DNA from: Lama glama
Taxonomy: Eukaryota
Direction: 5' to 3'
DNA: 64,000 bases
NCBI GenBank assembly: GCA_028534125.1
Contig: CM052817.1
Coordinates: forward strand, 27,032,001 to 27,096,000
In this document: positions 52,390 to 64,000 of the stretch, in pieces
Layout: each line of letters begins with the position of its first letter
Position numbering within the stretch: position 1 is the first letter of the stretch
The notes under the pieces: generated by a model
The model's input: only the letters and a program-made list of their open reading frames with translations
What the model was told of the DNA's origin: nothing
Databases searched by the model: none
Made by a program: the position numbers and the translations under genes

Positions 52390-53100
52390 AAGCCTCTCAG
52401 AGCTTTCCTTCCTTCTATTCCTATTTCAGTTATTGACATCACCAATTACTCAGGTTGCCAAACTAGAAATCTCAGTTATCTGCATTTCTTCCTTCCTCTT
52501 CAAACACCCTCATCAAATTAGTCATCAAGCTCTGTAGCTTCCATCTTGGGGATGTTTCTCAAATCTGCGCCCTCCCCTCTGTCCCACTCCCACTGTCCTC
52601 ACTGGCTTCTCATGCACTATTTCAGTATCCTGCTAACTGACCTCAGCGACACTCATCACTCAAAGTGCAAGCATTTCCTTCCTTCTGCCAGTGATCCTTC
52701 TAAAAAAAGATGCCGATGATGTCACTCCCCTCATTAAAAGCGCTGATGACTTCCAGTTGCTTAAGGATAATAAAAACTACTAAACCTAAGGACTCACAGG
52801 ACCACCCCCAACACCCATTCCATTTCAAACCTACATTTGGACTCTACTACCAATCTCCTTTTCGGCTACCCCTCCCCCAACCTCCACATCCCCACCACTA
52901 CACCCCCTGCACCAAAAACCAATGCTTCCTGAAGCATTCCTGGAACAGGTAATGTCCTTTCTTGTCTCTGCCCTTGCACACACCCTTCTCAGGCTGAACT
53001 GACCCTTTCATGTCTTCTTTACCTGGCAAAATCCTATGTATTCTTTCTTATTACATCCTCTACAAAAGCTTAGTCAACTCCCCTAGGAAAATGTGGTGAC
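52390..53100 (+). mobile_element. L2 fragment
   Basis: Pyrimidine-rich L2 signature: ctcaggttgccaaactagaaatctcagttatc, cctgctaactgacctc, gatgtcactcccctcattaaa. Confidence 0.6.
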
Positions 53101-53124
53101 TAGCTCATCCGTGATGCCACAGAT

Positions 53125-53350
53125 TAAAGAGTGTAGATGCTGTATTTGGGCTACCTGGGTTTAAATACTGGTTGCACCACAATGCCACTGGTGGTTTTGG
53201 GAAAGTGACTTACCCTCTCCCAACCTCACTTTCCTCATCTGAAAAAGCTGATATCATAGCATGTACAACTTTGTACTGTTGACAGTATATACTGAGATAA
53301 TGCACATAAAGCTCATAATAATTTGCCTGTCTCAGAGGTAAATATTCAAC
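53125..53350 (+). mobile_element. MIR
   Basis: acctgggtttaaatactgg...cctcactttcctcatctgaaaa...gagataatgcacataaagc. Confidence 0.65.
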
Positions 53351-54244
53351 ATATAGTGTCTTAAAATTATTACTGTTATGGTTAGTATTTATCTATCTTA
53401 TCTTTTTGTCTTTATGTGGCTTTTTTTTACATTATAATTGAAAAAATTTTACAGTTCACATTTATATTTAACTTTACATTAAATTAAAAAAAGGTTTTAT
53501 TACAGAAGTAATTGATAGTCATTGAACAAAATTTAGGAAACAATGATAACAAATGAAAAAGATGAAATTCTGTATTGTTTAAGACACTTCTTGGTTGCAA
53601 ACAAAGCGAACCCTCCCTCTCTAGTTAATTTATCCAGAAAGATATTACAGGAGGGTTGTCAGGTAACCCACTGCATCAACATATAGATGGAGAATTGGTT
53701 CAGAAAAGGATCCGGATCCATAGAAGACTGGCAGCAAACAACACAGACCAGACTATGGCACACTGTGTTGCCATTGGCCTCACTCCACTGGGCCGCTTGC
53801 CACTATTCCTGGACCTTTGCAACTTAGCATCACATTCTCCCTATTCAAGTTCACAGGTGGAACTACCCAAGGTCACATGCCCATCCCTCAGCAACTAGAA
53901 GGCAAAGAGACGGAATATTTGCTTCCCTTCAGATTCCCTGTTGGGAAGTGGGGCTCTCCCACAAGCCAAACTCATACAATAGAGGAATTCACCAAAAATG
54001 GAAAGAGGGTCTTAACCCCTCCCCGACTCTTCCACCCTGTGATGCTTTACTCATACTTGATCACTCATTGGCAAATATGTACTTCCGTATTTTTGTGCCT
54101 TTGCTTATACTGTTCACTTTGCCTGGAATATATTCCCTGCTTCACATGTTGACCCACTCCAACCTCCTTCACCTTGTCCACTTTTCAAAATCATAGTCAC
54201 TCTTCAAAGGCCAAAATTGCTTCTTGAATCTACTGCACAGGCTA

Positions 54245-54852
54245 TGAAACCAAGCAGGACCCAGTGGGGCCCTCTTAGATACAAAAGCCCCTCTGTAGCC
54301 CCCATTTCTTGCTTGTAGAAAAAGTCTTTAGTCTCCTAGGCCTTCCTTGTTCCAAAGAGCAGGAAGAAGCAGTTACTGATTAGGGAAGTGAAGGAATGCA
54401 GAAACAAAGGAAAAGCAGTTAAAACAAGAAAAGTAACGACAATAATTTAGCAATGACAACCTAGTTCCTCCTCAAGGGATACACATTACAATCTGACAAT
54501 CTTTAAGTTGTTCTGCAGGAACTAAGACACATCGCCACCCAGGTGGAGGATGCTGTCCACAAGCATGTAGACCCCAGAATGGTTGGAACCAGAAGGTTCA
54601 CGATTAAGATTCCTAGAACCTCACCCTGTTACCTCATCAACCAATGCACCCTGCAGCCCTCACCTCAAACATTGCCTTTAAAAACCCCAACCTGAAAGGC
54701 ATCGGGGAGTTCAGGTCTTAAAGCACAAGCCACGGCTACTCCTTGCTTGGTGCCCTGCAAATAAACACTATGCTTTCCTTCACCACAATCCAAAGTCAGT
54801 AAACTGGCTTTTTGTTTAGTGGGTGAGCAGCCCCAAGTGTGGTTCAGTAACA
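54245..54852 (+). mobile_element. Solo LTR, ERV1 class (cetartiodactyl-type)
   Basis: TG...GTAACA termini. CCAAT at 54641, TATA-like TTTAAAAA at 54677-54684 and AATAAA at 54760-54765 occur in U3-R-U5 order. No clear TSD. Confidence 0.78.
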
Positions 54853-55029
54853 ACAATTAATTGCTCACGTCTTGATTTCAGAGTATATGTTTTTGTAGCC
54901 CCCCATATGTACAGTTAAATGTTTCATTCTTTAATGCTATATTGTGAACCCCTATTTTCAGCTTTATCACACAAAAGACACTTGATAATATCTGTTTAAT
55001 GACTGAACAAAGAGAAAGGGAAAATTCAC

Positions 55030-55240
55030 TTTTATTAATGTCCTGTACTAAGCACTTTACAATTTTAACTCAATTTATTCTCAACATATAACTCAATTTT
55101 TCCTTGGACTGTATCACCATTTTAAAACAGGAAACAGGCACAGAGGAGTTGAGTTACTTTTCCAAGGTCACACAGCTATTAAAAGACAGAGGCAGATTTG
55201 AGCAAGGCAGCCTCGATTCAGAGCTTAGGTTCTTACCTAA
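55030..55240 (-). mobile_element. MIR
   Basis: ggaaacaggcacagaggagttgagttacttttccaaggtcacacagcta. Confidence 0.72.
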
Positions 55241-57369
55241 TGAGATGTTATGACTCTGTGAAAGATCCTTTTTCTAGGGAATTCCACCATGGTTTTTTTT
55301 TTTTTTAAACCCTGACAGCTTCCTAGTAAGAAGAGAAAGCTAATTAAATTTCTCTATAAATTTTAACTATTAAAAATTTTTAGTAAATTTTATAAATACT
55401 TATTCCTTGGTTCTTAAACAATGATAATGCATGGATTCTATTCAGGGATTCATAGAAATGCAATTTACGAGCACGAAAGCATACAATAAAGTTCATCACA
55501 TTCTTTGTCTCTGCCTTTCCCCCAGGTTACCAAGAGTTGTTACTGCAGACACTGACATTTTATTGAACTGGCTCTGGCTACAAAAAATTTATGTTCTTAT
55601 GCTCAGGACAGTCTTCTTCCCTAGTTGTATGATATCCTCTCACCTCTTTAAAATCCTTGTTTTGCTTATCTTCAGAGAGTAGAAATTTGAGTCCTGAGTA
55701 CCAGTGTACCTGATGTCTCCCTTAATTATCTGCACAGATAAGGGCAAGAATTTAAATATTGTAAATGGAGGAAGACCATCACTTTCATGTTCAAAGGGTA
55801 TAACAAAAATAATACCTTCCAATTTTAAATTCATATAAACATAATTAAATAGAAAGGGGAAGTCTGAAATAAAGAATGTTGAAAGACCAAAGAGGTTATA
55901 AAAGAATCAGAAATCATTAACAAGAGAAAAATGCTTCACTCATACCAGAGATAGACAAGAACTATATTGCTAATTGGCAAAGGAATTGATCGTCTCCTTG
56001 TCAAGCAAAGAATGAATCATCTCCTTTCTCTACTTGTTCCTGCCAAGTAACTTCCACTTTTAAGCACCTCATTGCAAGGTCCACAGAAATAAAGTAAGTA
56101 AAGAAAGGAGGGAAGAAAGAGAGAAAGGAAGAAAATGAGGCAGGGGAGAGTGGCAGAGAGAGAGACAGATGGACAGAAAGGGAAAATGGAGAAAAAGACC
56201 TAAAGAGCTCTTTGATTTAAGAGATTATTATTATAAATAAACTTATGTCATTCAGCTAAATGAAGCCTAGCTCCTTACAAATATATGAGTAAAAAAATAG
56301 AATTTGGGAGAAGAAGAGGCATCAGTATAGGAAAAAGAAGTGTGATTAAAAGCAATAGCACAGAATTAATAATGAGCATGGAGGTTAGATATCAGAAAAA
56401 AAAGATTCTTGGTAAAGTCAATTAAATAAAAGGAAAGATTTCAAAGGGATATAATAAGAGCACCATCCCTTGAGACATTAAATATTAACCTGGACAAAGA
56501 ACTAGAATATATTTTGTAGAAAGGAATCCTTTCTGACAAGCTGGTAGATTAGCTCTAATTGATTTTTCCACCTCTAATTTCTTTGAATCTCTGAAATGCT
56601 ATTCTTAGAAGACAAATGAGTTTTCTTTGAGGATGAATTTTCCGTTTTTATTTTAATGAAATGAGTTATGATTTCTCATGAATATGGTTTCCAAGACAGT
56701 GACTTTGCAGGAAATAATTGTTATTTAGATTATGAAAGTTAAAAGGCAAAGTTACAGATACCTAAAGCTAACATAATATTGTATGTCAGCTATATTTCAA
56801 TAAAAAGGGGGGAAAAAATCAAAGTCACAGCATTGGTAAACATGATAAATTCCAATGTTTTCTTTCATTGTGCGCTAGTAGTAGTCTTGGGGAAAAAATC
56901 CCAAGAAATGAAGGAATAGGCTGCACTCCCAAAACAGGAGAGTTGGAGCAGGCAAAATTCTAAATATTCTAGCAGTTTTTACCTTTTCATTCTAGATTCT
57001 TACCCTGTCTAGAAAGTTATGACTGAGAGAAAAATATTTAGGTTCCATTGAAATGATGTCAAATTTTGTATTATTGAAGCAGGTAATAGAGGGGATAGGG
57101 GGCCATATCATCATATACATGTTATTTATTGTAAGAAAAGAGCTAAATTAGATACACACTAGAAAAAAATTTGAGTCATGCCTTTTAATTTTCTTAGGGA
57201 ACATTTTGCTTAAGAAAAGAAGAGAAAACACTAAGTGAAACAGGAGGTATACCTGTTTCTCCTTACATATATAGTGATTTTCAAAGCAGGGCTATCTACA
57301 TACTTTGATAAATGTTATTGCTTTTCTGTGAATAAAAATATGATTGAAAAAATAGTCTTGATTAAGACT

Positions 57370-57910
57370 TTTTAATCCCTAGATCATAAAGATATTTTCC
57401 CCTATTATTTTCTGAAGATTTCAAGTTTTGTATATTTTATTTTGTTTTTATATTTAAATCTTTAATTTGTTTTCTAATGTGGTATGAGATATGAGCATAC
57501 TTTTACAAGTAGAAAGCCAACTGTTTTAATGCCATGTGTTGAACAGTCCTTCTTGTCTATAATGCCACTTCTGTCAAATACCAACCTCTCAGTGGCCTGT
57601 TCCTAGGTTCTCTATTCCCTTCCACTAATTGATATTTCTATTCTTGTGCTAATATTGCACTATTTTCATTTATATACCTTTGCAATATACCTTGATATCT
57701 GGTAGGTGGGCCTCTATTTTTTCTTCTGCTTTATTGACTACCTTAGACATTCACTCACAATATCTCTTCCTCATAAAATTTATAATAAATATATCACTTT
57801 GATAAATATGTTTAGAATTTTAATTTGTATTAGATTAATTTGAGGAGAACTGACATTTTTGCTCTATTGAATAATCACATAAGTGTATTATATTTTTCCA
57901 TTTATTTAAA
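57370..57910 (-). mobile_element. Ancient L1 (L1ME-like) ORF2 fragment
   Basis: atgccacttctgtcaaatacc..., ttctctattcccttccactaattg, tagattaatttgaggagaactgacatt. Confidence 0.65.
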
Positions 57911-58339
57911 AATCTTTAATTTAACAAATAATCTCTATGTCTACTAAACTCTGAGCCCATCAAAACCCACATAACTTTTCAAGCTTGAGAATGGTATTAG
58001 GTAAGAGGACTTGACTTTGTATATTGTCCTAAATCTCCTGCTACTTTGGCTGAGACAAAATTCCTGTACAGAAGTCTGTTGTTCTCAGTTTATTTTTACT
58101 GGATTGGATCTTCAAAAAAGTCAATGATATGAAGAAAGTCAGTCAAGCACATTGCCTTTGTCAAAATGACTGATGTTTGTATAAATCCAGTGCGGTTAGG
58201 ATTATCAGCCTCAATTCCAATGAGGTTTAAGATGGCAATGCCTCATTTAAATTAATATCAGATTTACAAGGAAAGTCACAAAGAAAAAAAATAAACAAAT
58301 TTCTCTCCTTTAACCAGTATGTTTGGATTGCTTACATTT

Positions 58340-60291
58340 AATAGAGCAGCCTAAACACACTAGAGTCCTTAGAGCAACCACTAAAAGAGAGAGAAACATA
58401 GCCAAAAAATGCAATACATAAGGTAAAATAGAATACTGAAAGTATTTAAATAATGCAAAAGAATACAGGAAAGGAAGAAGAAAAGAACAAAATATAGGAA
58501 ACAAACAGAAAAATAATAAAATTGTGGACCTATCCAGACATATTAATAATTACATTAAATGTAAATAGTCTAAACCCTCTAATTAAAAGACTATGATTCT
58601 CAGATTAGCTATAAAGATAGAAGCCTCAATTATATGCTATCTACAAGAAAGCAATTTAAATATAATTATATAGATAAATTTAAAGATCAGGAAAAATATA
58701 TGATGAAAATACAATCAAATGTTATTATTTTGCTAGGGCTGCCATAACAAAATACAACAGCCTGGGTGACTTAAACAACAGAAATTTATTTTACTCACCG
58801 TTCTGGAGACTGGAAGCCCAAGATCAAAGTGCTGGTAGGACTGATTTCTCCTGAGGTCTCTCTGCTTGGCTTGCAGATCACTTCCTTCTCCCAGGTCCTC
58901 ACATGACCTTTCCTCTGCGCAAGTACCTGCCTAGTGTCTCTTCCTTTTCTTTTAAGGACACCAGTCACATTAGATTAGGGCCTATCCACATGACTCCATT
59001 TAACTTTAATTACCTCTATAGAGACCCTATCTCCAAATACAGTCACATTTTGAAGTAGGAGAGGTTTCTGCTTTAACATATAAACTTCGAGAGTAGGGGC
59101 ATAATTCAGTCCATATCATCAAAAGAAGCTGGACTAGTTGTATTTGTATCAGATAAAGTAGGCTTCAGAACAAGGAAAATTACTAGAGTTAAAGACAGAC
59201 ATTATATAATGAAAAATGGATTGATTCATCAATAACTCACAACAGTCTTGATGTGTGTGCACCTAAAAATCAGAGGTCAAAAACACACAAAGCAAAAACT
59301 GATAGAAGTGCAAATACACAAATTATACATGGAGTCTTCAACATTCCACTCTCAGTAGTGAATAAAACAGTAGATAAAAAGACAACAAAGATATAGAAGA
59401 TCTGAATACTACAGCTACCAACTTGACTTAATTGACATTTATAGAACATTCTGGCTAACAACAGCAGAATACACAATTGTTTCAAGTACACAGGAAAAAA
59501 ATGAAATCATCCTAAGCTTTTTCTCTGCTCATAACAGAATTAAACTAGAAGTCAATAATAGAATGATATCTGGAAAATCGCCAAATATTTGAAAATTAAA
59601 CAATGCACTCCTAAGTAATCCATTAGTCAAAGGAGAAATCTCAGGGAAAATTAGAAAACTGTTAGAATGCAAATACAAAATATCAAAATTTGTGGAATGT
59701 AGCTAAGTGTTTAGAGGAATGTTTATAGCATTAAATACATTTTTTAAAAGGAAAGGACTCAAATCAATAGTCTAGACTTTCATGCTAAACAAAAAGAACA
59801 AACAAACAAAAAAAGAGGAAATTAAGCCCAAAGTAAGTAGTACAAAGGAAATAACAGAGTATTAAATACTAGAAAAAATAATAGAAAAAAAATCAATGAA
59901 AATAAATGCTGGTCCCTTGAAACAAACCAATAAAATTGGGAAGCCACTAGTCAAGGAAAAATAAAATTTACAAATTACCAATACCACGTTAATAAAACAA
60001 TATTAATAACTTTATCCTAATAAATCTGATGTCCTGGGTGAAATGCACAAATTCCTTAAAAAACAAAAATTGCCAAAAGTGACCCAAGAGGGGAAAGAAA
60101 ACTTGAAGAGTGCTATGTACATTACAGAAATTGAAAAGTTCAAGCCACAAGTGAATTTTATGAAACTTTAAAAGAAGAAATAATAAAACTTCTAAATAAA
60201 CTTTTTCATAAAACAGAAAAGGAGGAAAAATTTCCTAACTCATTTTATTGAAGCCAGAATCACCCTGATACCAGACAAACACTGATAAGGA
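58340..60291 (+). mobile_element. Old L1: inter-ORF region and ORF2 endonuclease region, interrupted by MLT1 and running into the gap
   Basis: ataattacattaaatgtaaatagtctaaac, tatatgctatctacaaga, attgacatttatagaaca, ttcctaactcattttattgaagccagaatcaccctgatacca. Many stop codons. Confidence 0.85.
58720..59118 (-). mobile_element. MaLR solo LTR (MLT1B-like) nested in L1
   Basis: TG...CA with a 5-bp TSD TCAAA (58715-58719 and 59119-59123). gggctgccataacaaaatac...ttaaacaacagaaatttatt; taaggacaccagtcacattagattaggg. Confidence 0.88.
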
Positions 60292-60791
60292 NNNNNNNNN
60301 NNNNNNNNNNNNNNNNNNNNNNNNNNNNNNNNNNNNNNNNNNNNNNNNNNNNNNNNNNNNNNNNNNNNNNNNNNNNNNNNNNNNNNNNNNNNNNNNNNNN
60401 NNNNNNNNNNNNNNNNNNNNNNNNNNNNNNNNNNNNNNNNNNNNNNNNNNNNNNNNNNNNNNNNNNNNNNNNNNNNNNNNNNNNNNNNNNNNNNNNNNNN
60501 NNNNNNNNNNNNNNNNNNNNNNNNNNNNNNNNNNNNNNNNNNNNNNNNNNNNNNNNNNNNNNNNNNNNNNNNNNNNNNNNNNNNNNNNNNNNNNNNNNNN
60601 NNNNNNNNNNNNNNNNNNNNNNNNNNNNNNNNNNNNNNNNNNNNNNNNNNNNNNNNNNNNNNNNNNNNNNNNNNNNNNNNNNNNNNNNNNNNNNNNNNNN
60701 NNNNNNNNNNNNNNNNNNNNNNNNNNNNNNNNNNNNNNNNNNNNNNNNNNNNNNNNNNNNNNNNNNNNNNNNNNNNNNNNNNNNNNNNNNN
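60292..60791. other. Assembly gap (500 N)
   Basis: Run of N. Confidence 1.
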
Positions 60792-62094
60792 ACTTCTATT
60801 CCTTTCCAGCTTGCAGTTTTATATGTCAGTCTCATGTATCAATTAGTGTTCATATTGATATATTTCTCCGTAGTATTCCAGCCTGCATTTGTGATATGGA
60901 AGCTGCTGTCACAGTTTCTTGTATCTCCTTAAATGCTTTGCCCTGGTGGATATGGAACATTATTTTTCACAGGTAAGTTAGCCAAGATCCTCAGAAATTT
61001 TGTGAAAACATATGGTTTCCAACATTTAAGTTTACATGCATAGACTACAATAGTTACACACAATGAAAATCATTAGTTTTAAACAGATGATTTAAAACAC
61101 CATAAAGGTCTTTTCCCCGCCTTTCTGACAAGCATTCAGTAGTTTCAATACCTTCTTCAGGGTATCATCTTATGGCTTATTATATAAACTGTTTTCTATC
61201 TTTTTAAACTTGTTTTTTGATATGTAAACAACTCCTAATCCACTCATTAAACTTTGCAGATACTAAAAAGGTGTTCAAGGTGAAACTTCCGCCGTCTCTT
61301 AGATACAAAGACGTCATACAAACCTAACAGACATAATAACTGGAAACCAGACTGTAACCATGTGGCAGTTTTAGAGAATCACAGGTCAAGCATTTTGGCT
61401 CCAATCCCATACATCACTTTGGCAGTCTAGGCCATCTACAGTATAAAGCAGTGGTAACAAGTGATAATAAAGAGCCACTGAAAATAACTACTTTGAAGAA
61501 TAAAACTGAGGGGAAAAAAAAAGAAAGGAAGGAAGGAGAAGAGGGAAGGAGGGGAGGGATGCAGGAGGGAGGGACCCAAACTACAAGTGGGTCCTTTTAA
61601 TCTCAGCTCAGGTGTCTTTCTAAAGAGGACAGCAGTGCAAGGGAAATCAAAGGCAGTTTCTAGAGAAATAGATTTCTTTGTTCTGACAAGTTGAAAGACA
61701 CTGTATTGAAGAAAGCTTTTGCCAAAACAGACCACACTGGATCTTCTGTCCAAGGCCATCAGCAAGGTCACGTTAATGGCCAGCACTTCTGAAAAATGCG
61801 GTCTTAGTAAAATCTAAAAGGAGTCATGATGTTCATTCCAATAACCACATAAATAACCAAGAGGCACGTGGCATACTGGGTTTCTGTCCTACCTTGGCCA
61901 CTTGCTGGTATTACAACTTCTGGCAACTCATTTAACCATTTGGAGCTTTGCTTTGAACACACTGAGGTGACAGGCAAACGTGGGGTGAAATTCCAGGTCC
62001 ATTTCTTATGACTGTATGATTTTAGGAAAGTTATATAAGTTCTATGAATCGATTTCTTCAGCCATAAGATGTGAATAAGACATAAAAAGGTTGT

Positions 62095-62380
62095 TCAGAG
62101 GAAGCTTGGCAGAAAAAAGTACATAATGTACGATACTATTTATACAAAGCTCTAGAAAATGCACACTGGTCTACAGGGACAAAAAGTAGATCAGTGGTTG
62201 CTTGGGGAGCTGGGTGGCAGGGAGGGATGGGGCACAGGGAGACCTCTGAGGCGGTGGATCTGTGCACGATCTTGATTAGGTGAGGGTTTCACAGATGTAT
62301 ACATATGCCAAAACATGTCAGTTATACATTACACATTTTAATTATTTATTGCCAATTATACCTCAATAAGTTGTTTTTAA
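62095..62380 (+). mobile_element. Ancient L1 3' end (L1ME/MB-like)
   Basis: aaagtagatcagtggttgcttgggg...gatcttgatt..gtgagggtttcacagatgtatacata...aattatacctcaataa. Confidence 0.72.
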
Positions 62381-62784
62381 AAAGGCATGAGAGAATTAAA
62401 TGAGCTACTATGTGCAAAACAATTAGAGCAGCATGTAGTACAAGTAAGTGTCCAGAAATACGAGTTCCCTTCCCCACTGATGTCACAGGGGTATTTAAAA
62501 TATTACTGTACTCCAGAAACACCCATCAATATCATAAACACTGAAATCTTCCCAGAAGTTTTGTAGCTTAACAAATATTTTCAAAGAAAAATATGGGACA
62601 ATACGAAAATGTCTCTGTGACTTTTTTAGGGTATTATTTCTGTGGCTTTCTTTCAAATCTTTATTAGAAGCATATTTCTACTGTCGGAATCATACTGCAC
62701 GTAGGACTAGCATACCACTTTCCAAATCCATGTTTTAAAGCAAAATGTCTGCATGTTATTTCTAACAGCTGCCTTGTAACTTTT

Positions 62785-63420
62785 TCAGTGGTAAGAATTC
62801 TGGATATATTTTGAAGATAGATGTGCCAGGATTTGCTGACAGACTGAATTCGGGGCATGAGAGAAAGAGGACTCAGGAATGACAGTGAGGTTTCTGGCCT
62901 GAGTAATTAGACCTTCAGTGAAGTGGACATTTTCTGAGATGAGGAAGAGTGTGAAAAGGACAGACATGGAGGGGAGGATGAGGAATTCAGTTTGGGACAA
63001 GTTAGGTATGTAGATGGGGAGTAGGCAGTTGGAGATGAATTCAGAAGTGAGGTCTGGCTGGAGATACAAATTTGGAAATCTCCAGTATGGAGTTGAGATT
63101 TAAAGCCATGACCTGGGTGAGTTCTTCAAGGGCATGTGTATAAATAGAGAACAGAAGAGGTTCAACCGCTGAGTCATGGGGGCCATCTAGTGTCTAGTGT
63201 CCTGGAGTGGAGGAGGAATCAGTAAAGGTGACAGAAGAGGAGAGTCAGTGAGGAAAGAGGAAATTCCAGAAGAGCTGGATGTCCAAAATGTTGATAGGAG
63301 AGAATGCTGCTGGTCGTCCAAGAGGAGGGCAAAAAATTACTCTGGAAGTAAGGAGTGCCTAGATCAAGGGCCATTTTGGTGGATGCTGTAAGCAAAACTA
63401 TTATTGGAATGGATTCAAAA
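62785..63420 (-). mobile_element. L2 fragment
   Basis: ttctggatatattttgaagataga..caggatttgctga, gaggtttctggcctgag, gaattcagtttgggaca, ggtctggctggagatacaaatttgg. Confidence 0.78.
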
Positions 63421-63424
63421 GGTT

Positions 63425-63600
63425 ATGGTAAACAAAGATTTCTCCAAGGAAGATATGGCCAATAAGCACATGAAAAGATGTTCAATGTTAGTAGCCCTTA
63501 AGGAAAGACAAATCAAAATGACAATGAGATACCACCTCATATCCATGAGGCTGGCTACAATCAAAAGGAAAATAAGTGTTGGTGAAGACATGGAGAATTG
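63425..63600 (+). mobile_element. L1 ORF2 C-terminal fragment
   Basis: Translates to FSKEDMANKHMKRCS...QIKMTMRYHL, an L1 ORF2 signature. Confidence 0.82.
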
Positions 63601-64000
63601 CTTTTGTGAGAGGATAAATTTTGGGGATCCTTACACTGTCATTTCCCCTAAAGTCAGCTAGCATTCCCTCTTTTACCTTCTCAGGAATAGTTTATGTAAG
63701 AATAGAATGATCTGTTCCTTGAATGTTTGGTAAGGCAGAAAAGCATTTAAGTCTGGATATCGCTTCATGGAAAGATTTTAAATTACTGCTTTATTTTGTT
63801 TCATGATGCTGGCTTTCTGGGTTTTTTTCCTAAGTATTTGAAAGCTTCCCTTAGGTTTTGAAATTTATTGGCCTAAAACTGTCTTTTAAATCTACAACGT
63901 ATATGTGATTGTACTCCCATTTTGCATCCTTAATATTGTCTATTTATGTATTATCTCTTTCCTCCTAAATCTTGCCAGATGACTATTTTATTAATCTTTT

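Noticed and set aside
1-64000. CRISPR arrays, operons or other prokaryotic systems
   Set aside because: The sequence is mammalian intron and intergenic DNA, and no regularly spaced repeat-spacer array was seen.

Overview
Mammalian genomic DNA, almost certainly camelid (alpaca/camel), judged from three tRNA-Ala-derived Vic-type SINEs. There is no protein-coding exon, RNA gene or CRISPR array. The window holds the 5' end of a minus-strand gene that I recognise as APBB2 (FE65L1) from resemblance to the human 5' UTR as I remember it; no search was run. Its parts are a CpG-island promoter with non-coding exon 1 (~47750 to 47513), a ~44 kb intron 1 containing a 500-N gap, and non-coding exon 2 (3389 to 3234). 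A second CpG island lies ~2 kb upstream (~49490-49960), followed by ~14 kb of repeat-rich upstream DNA; in human and mouse this is the interval toward UCHL1. The rest is typical mammalian repeats (L1, L2, MIR, MaLR/ERV LTRs, hAT/Tigger fossils). The best leads are a 25-codon uORF in exon 2 that appears better conserved than its flanks, further uORFs, a perfect C/EBP-ATF element in the upstream island with a candidate alternative first exon, a compact CCAAT/M-box/CCAAT intronic element, and splice signals hinting at lncRNA exons upstream. Repeat boundaries and subfamily names are by eye and approximate.
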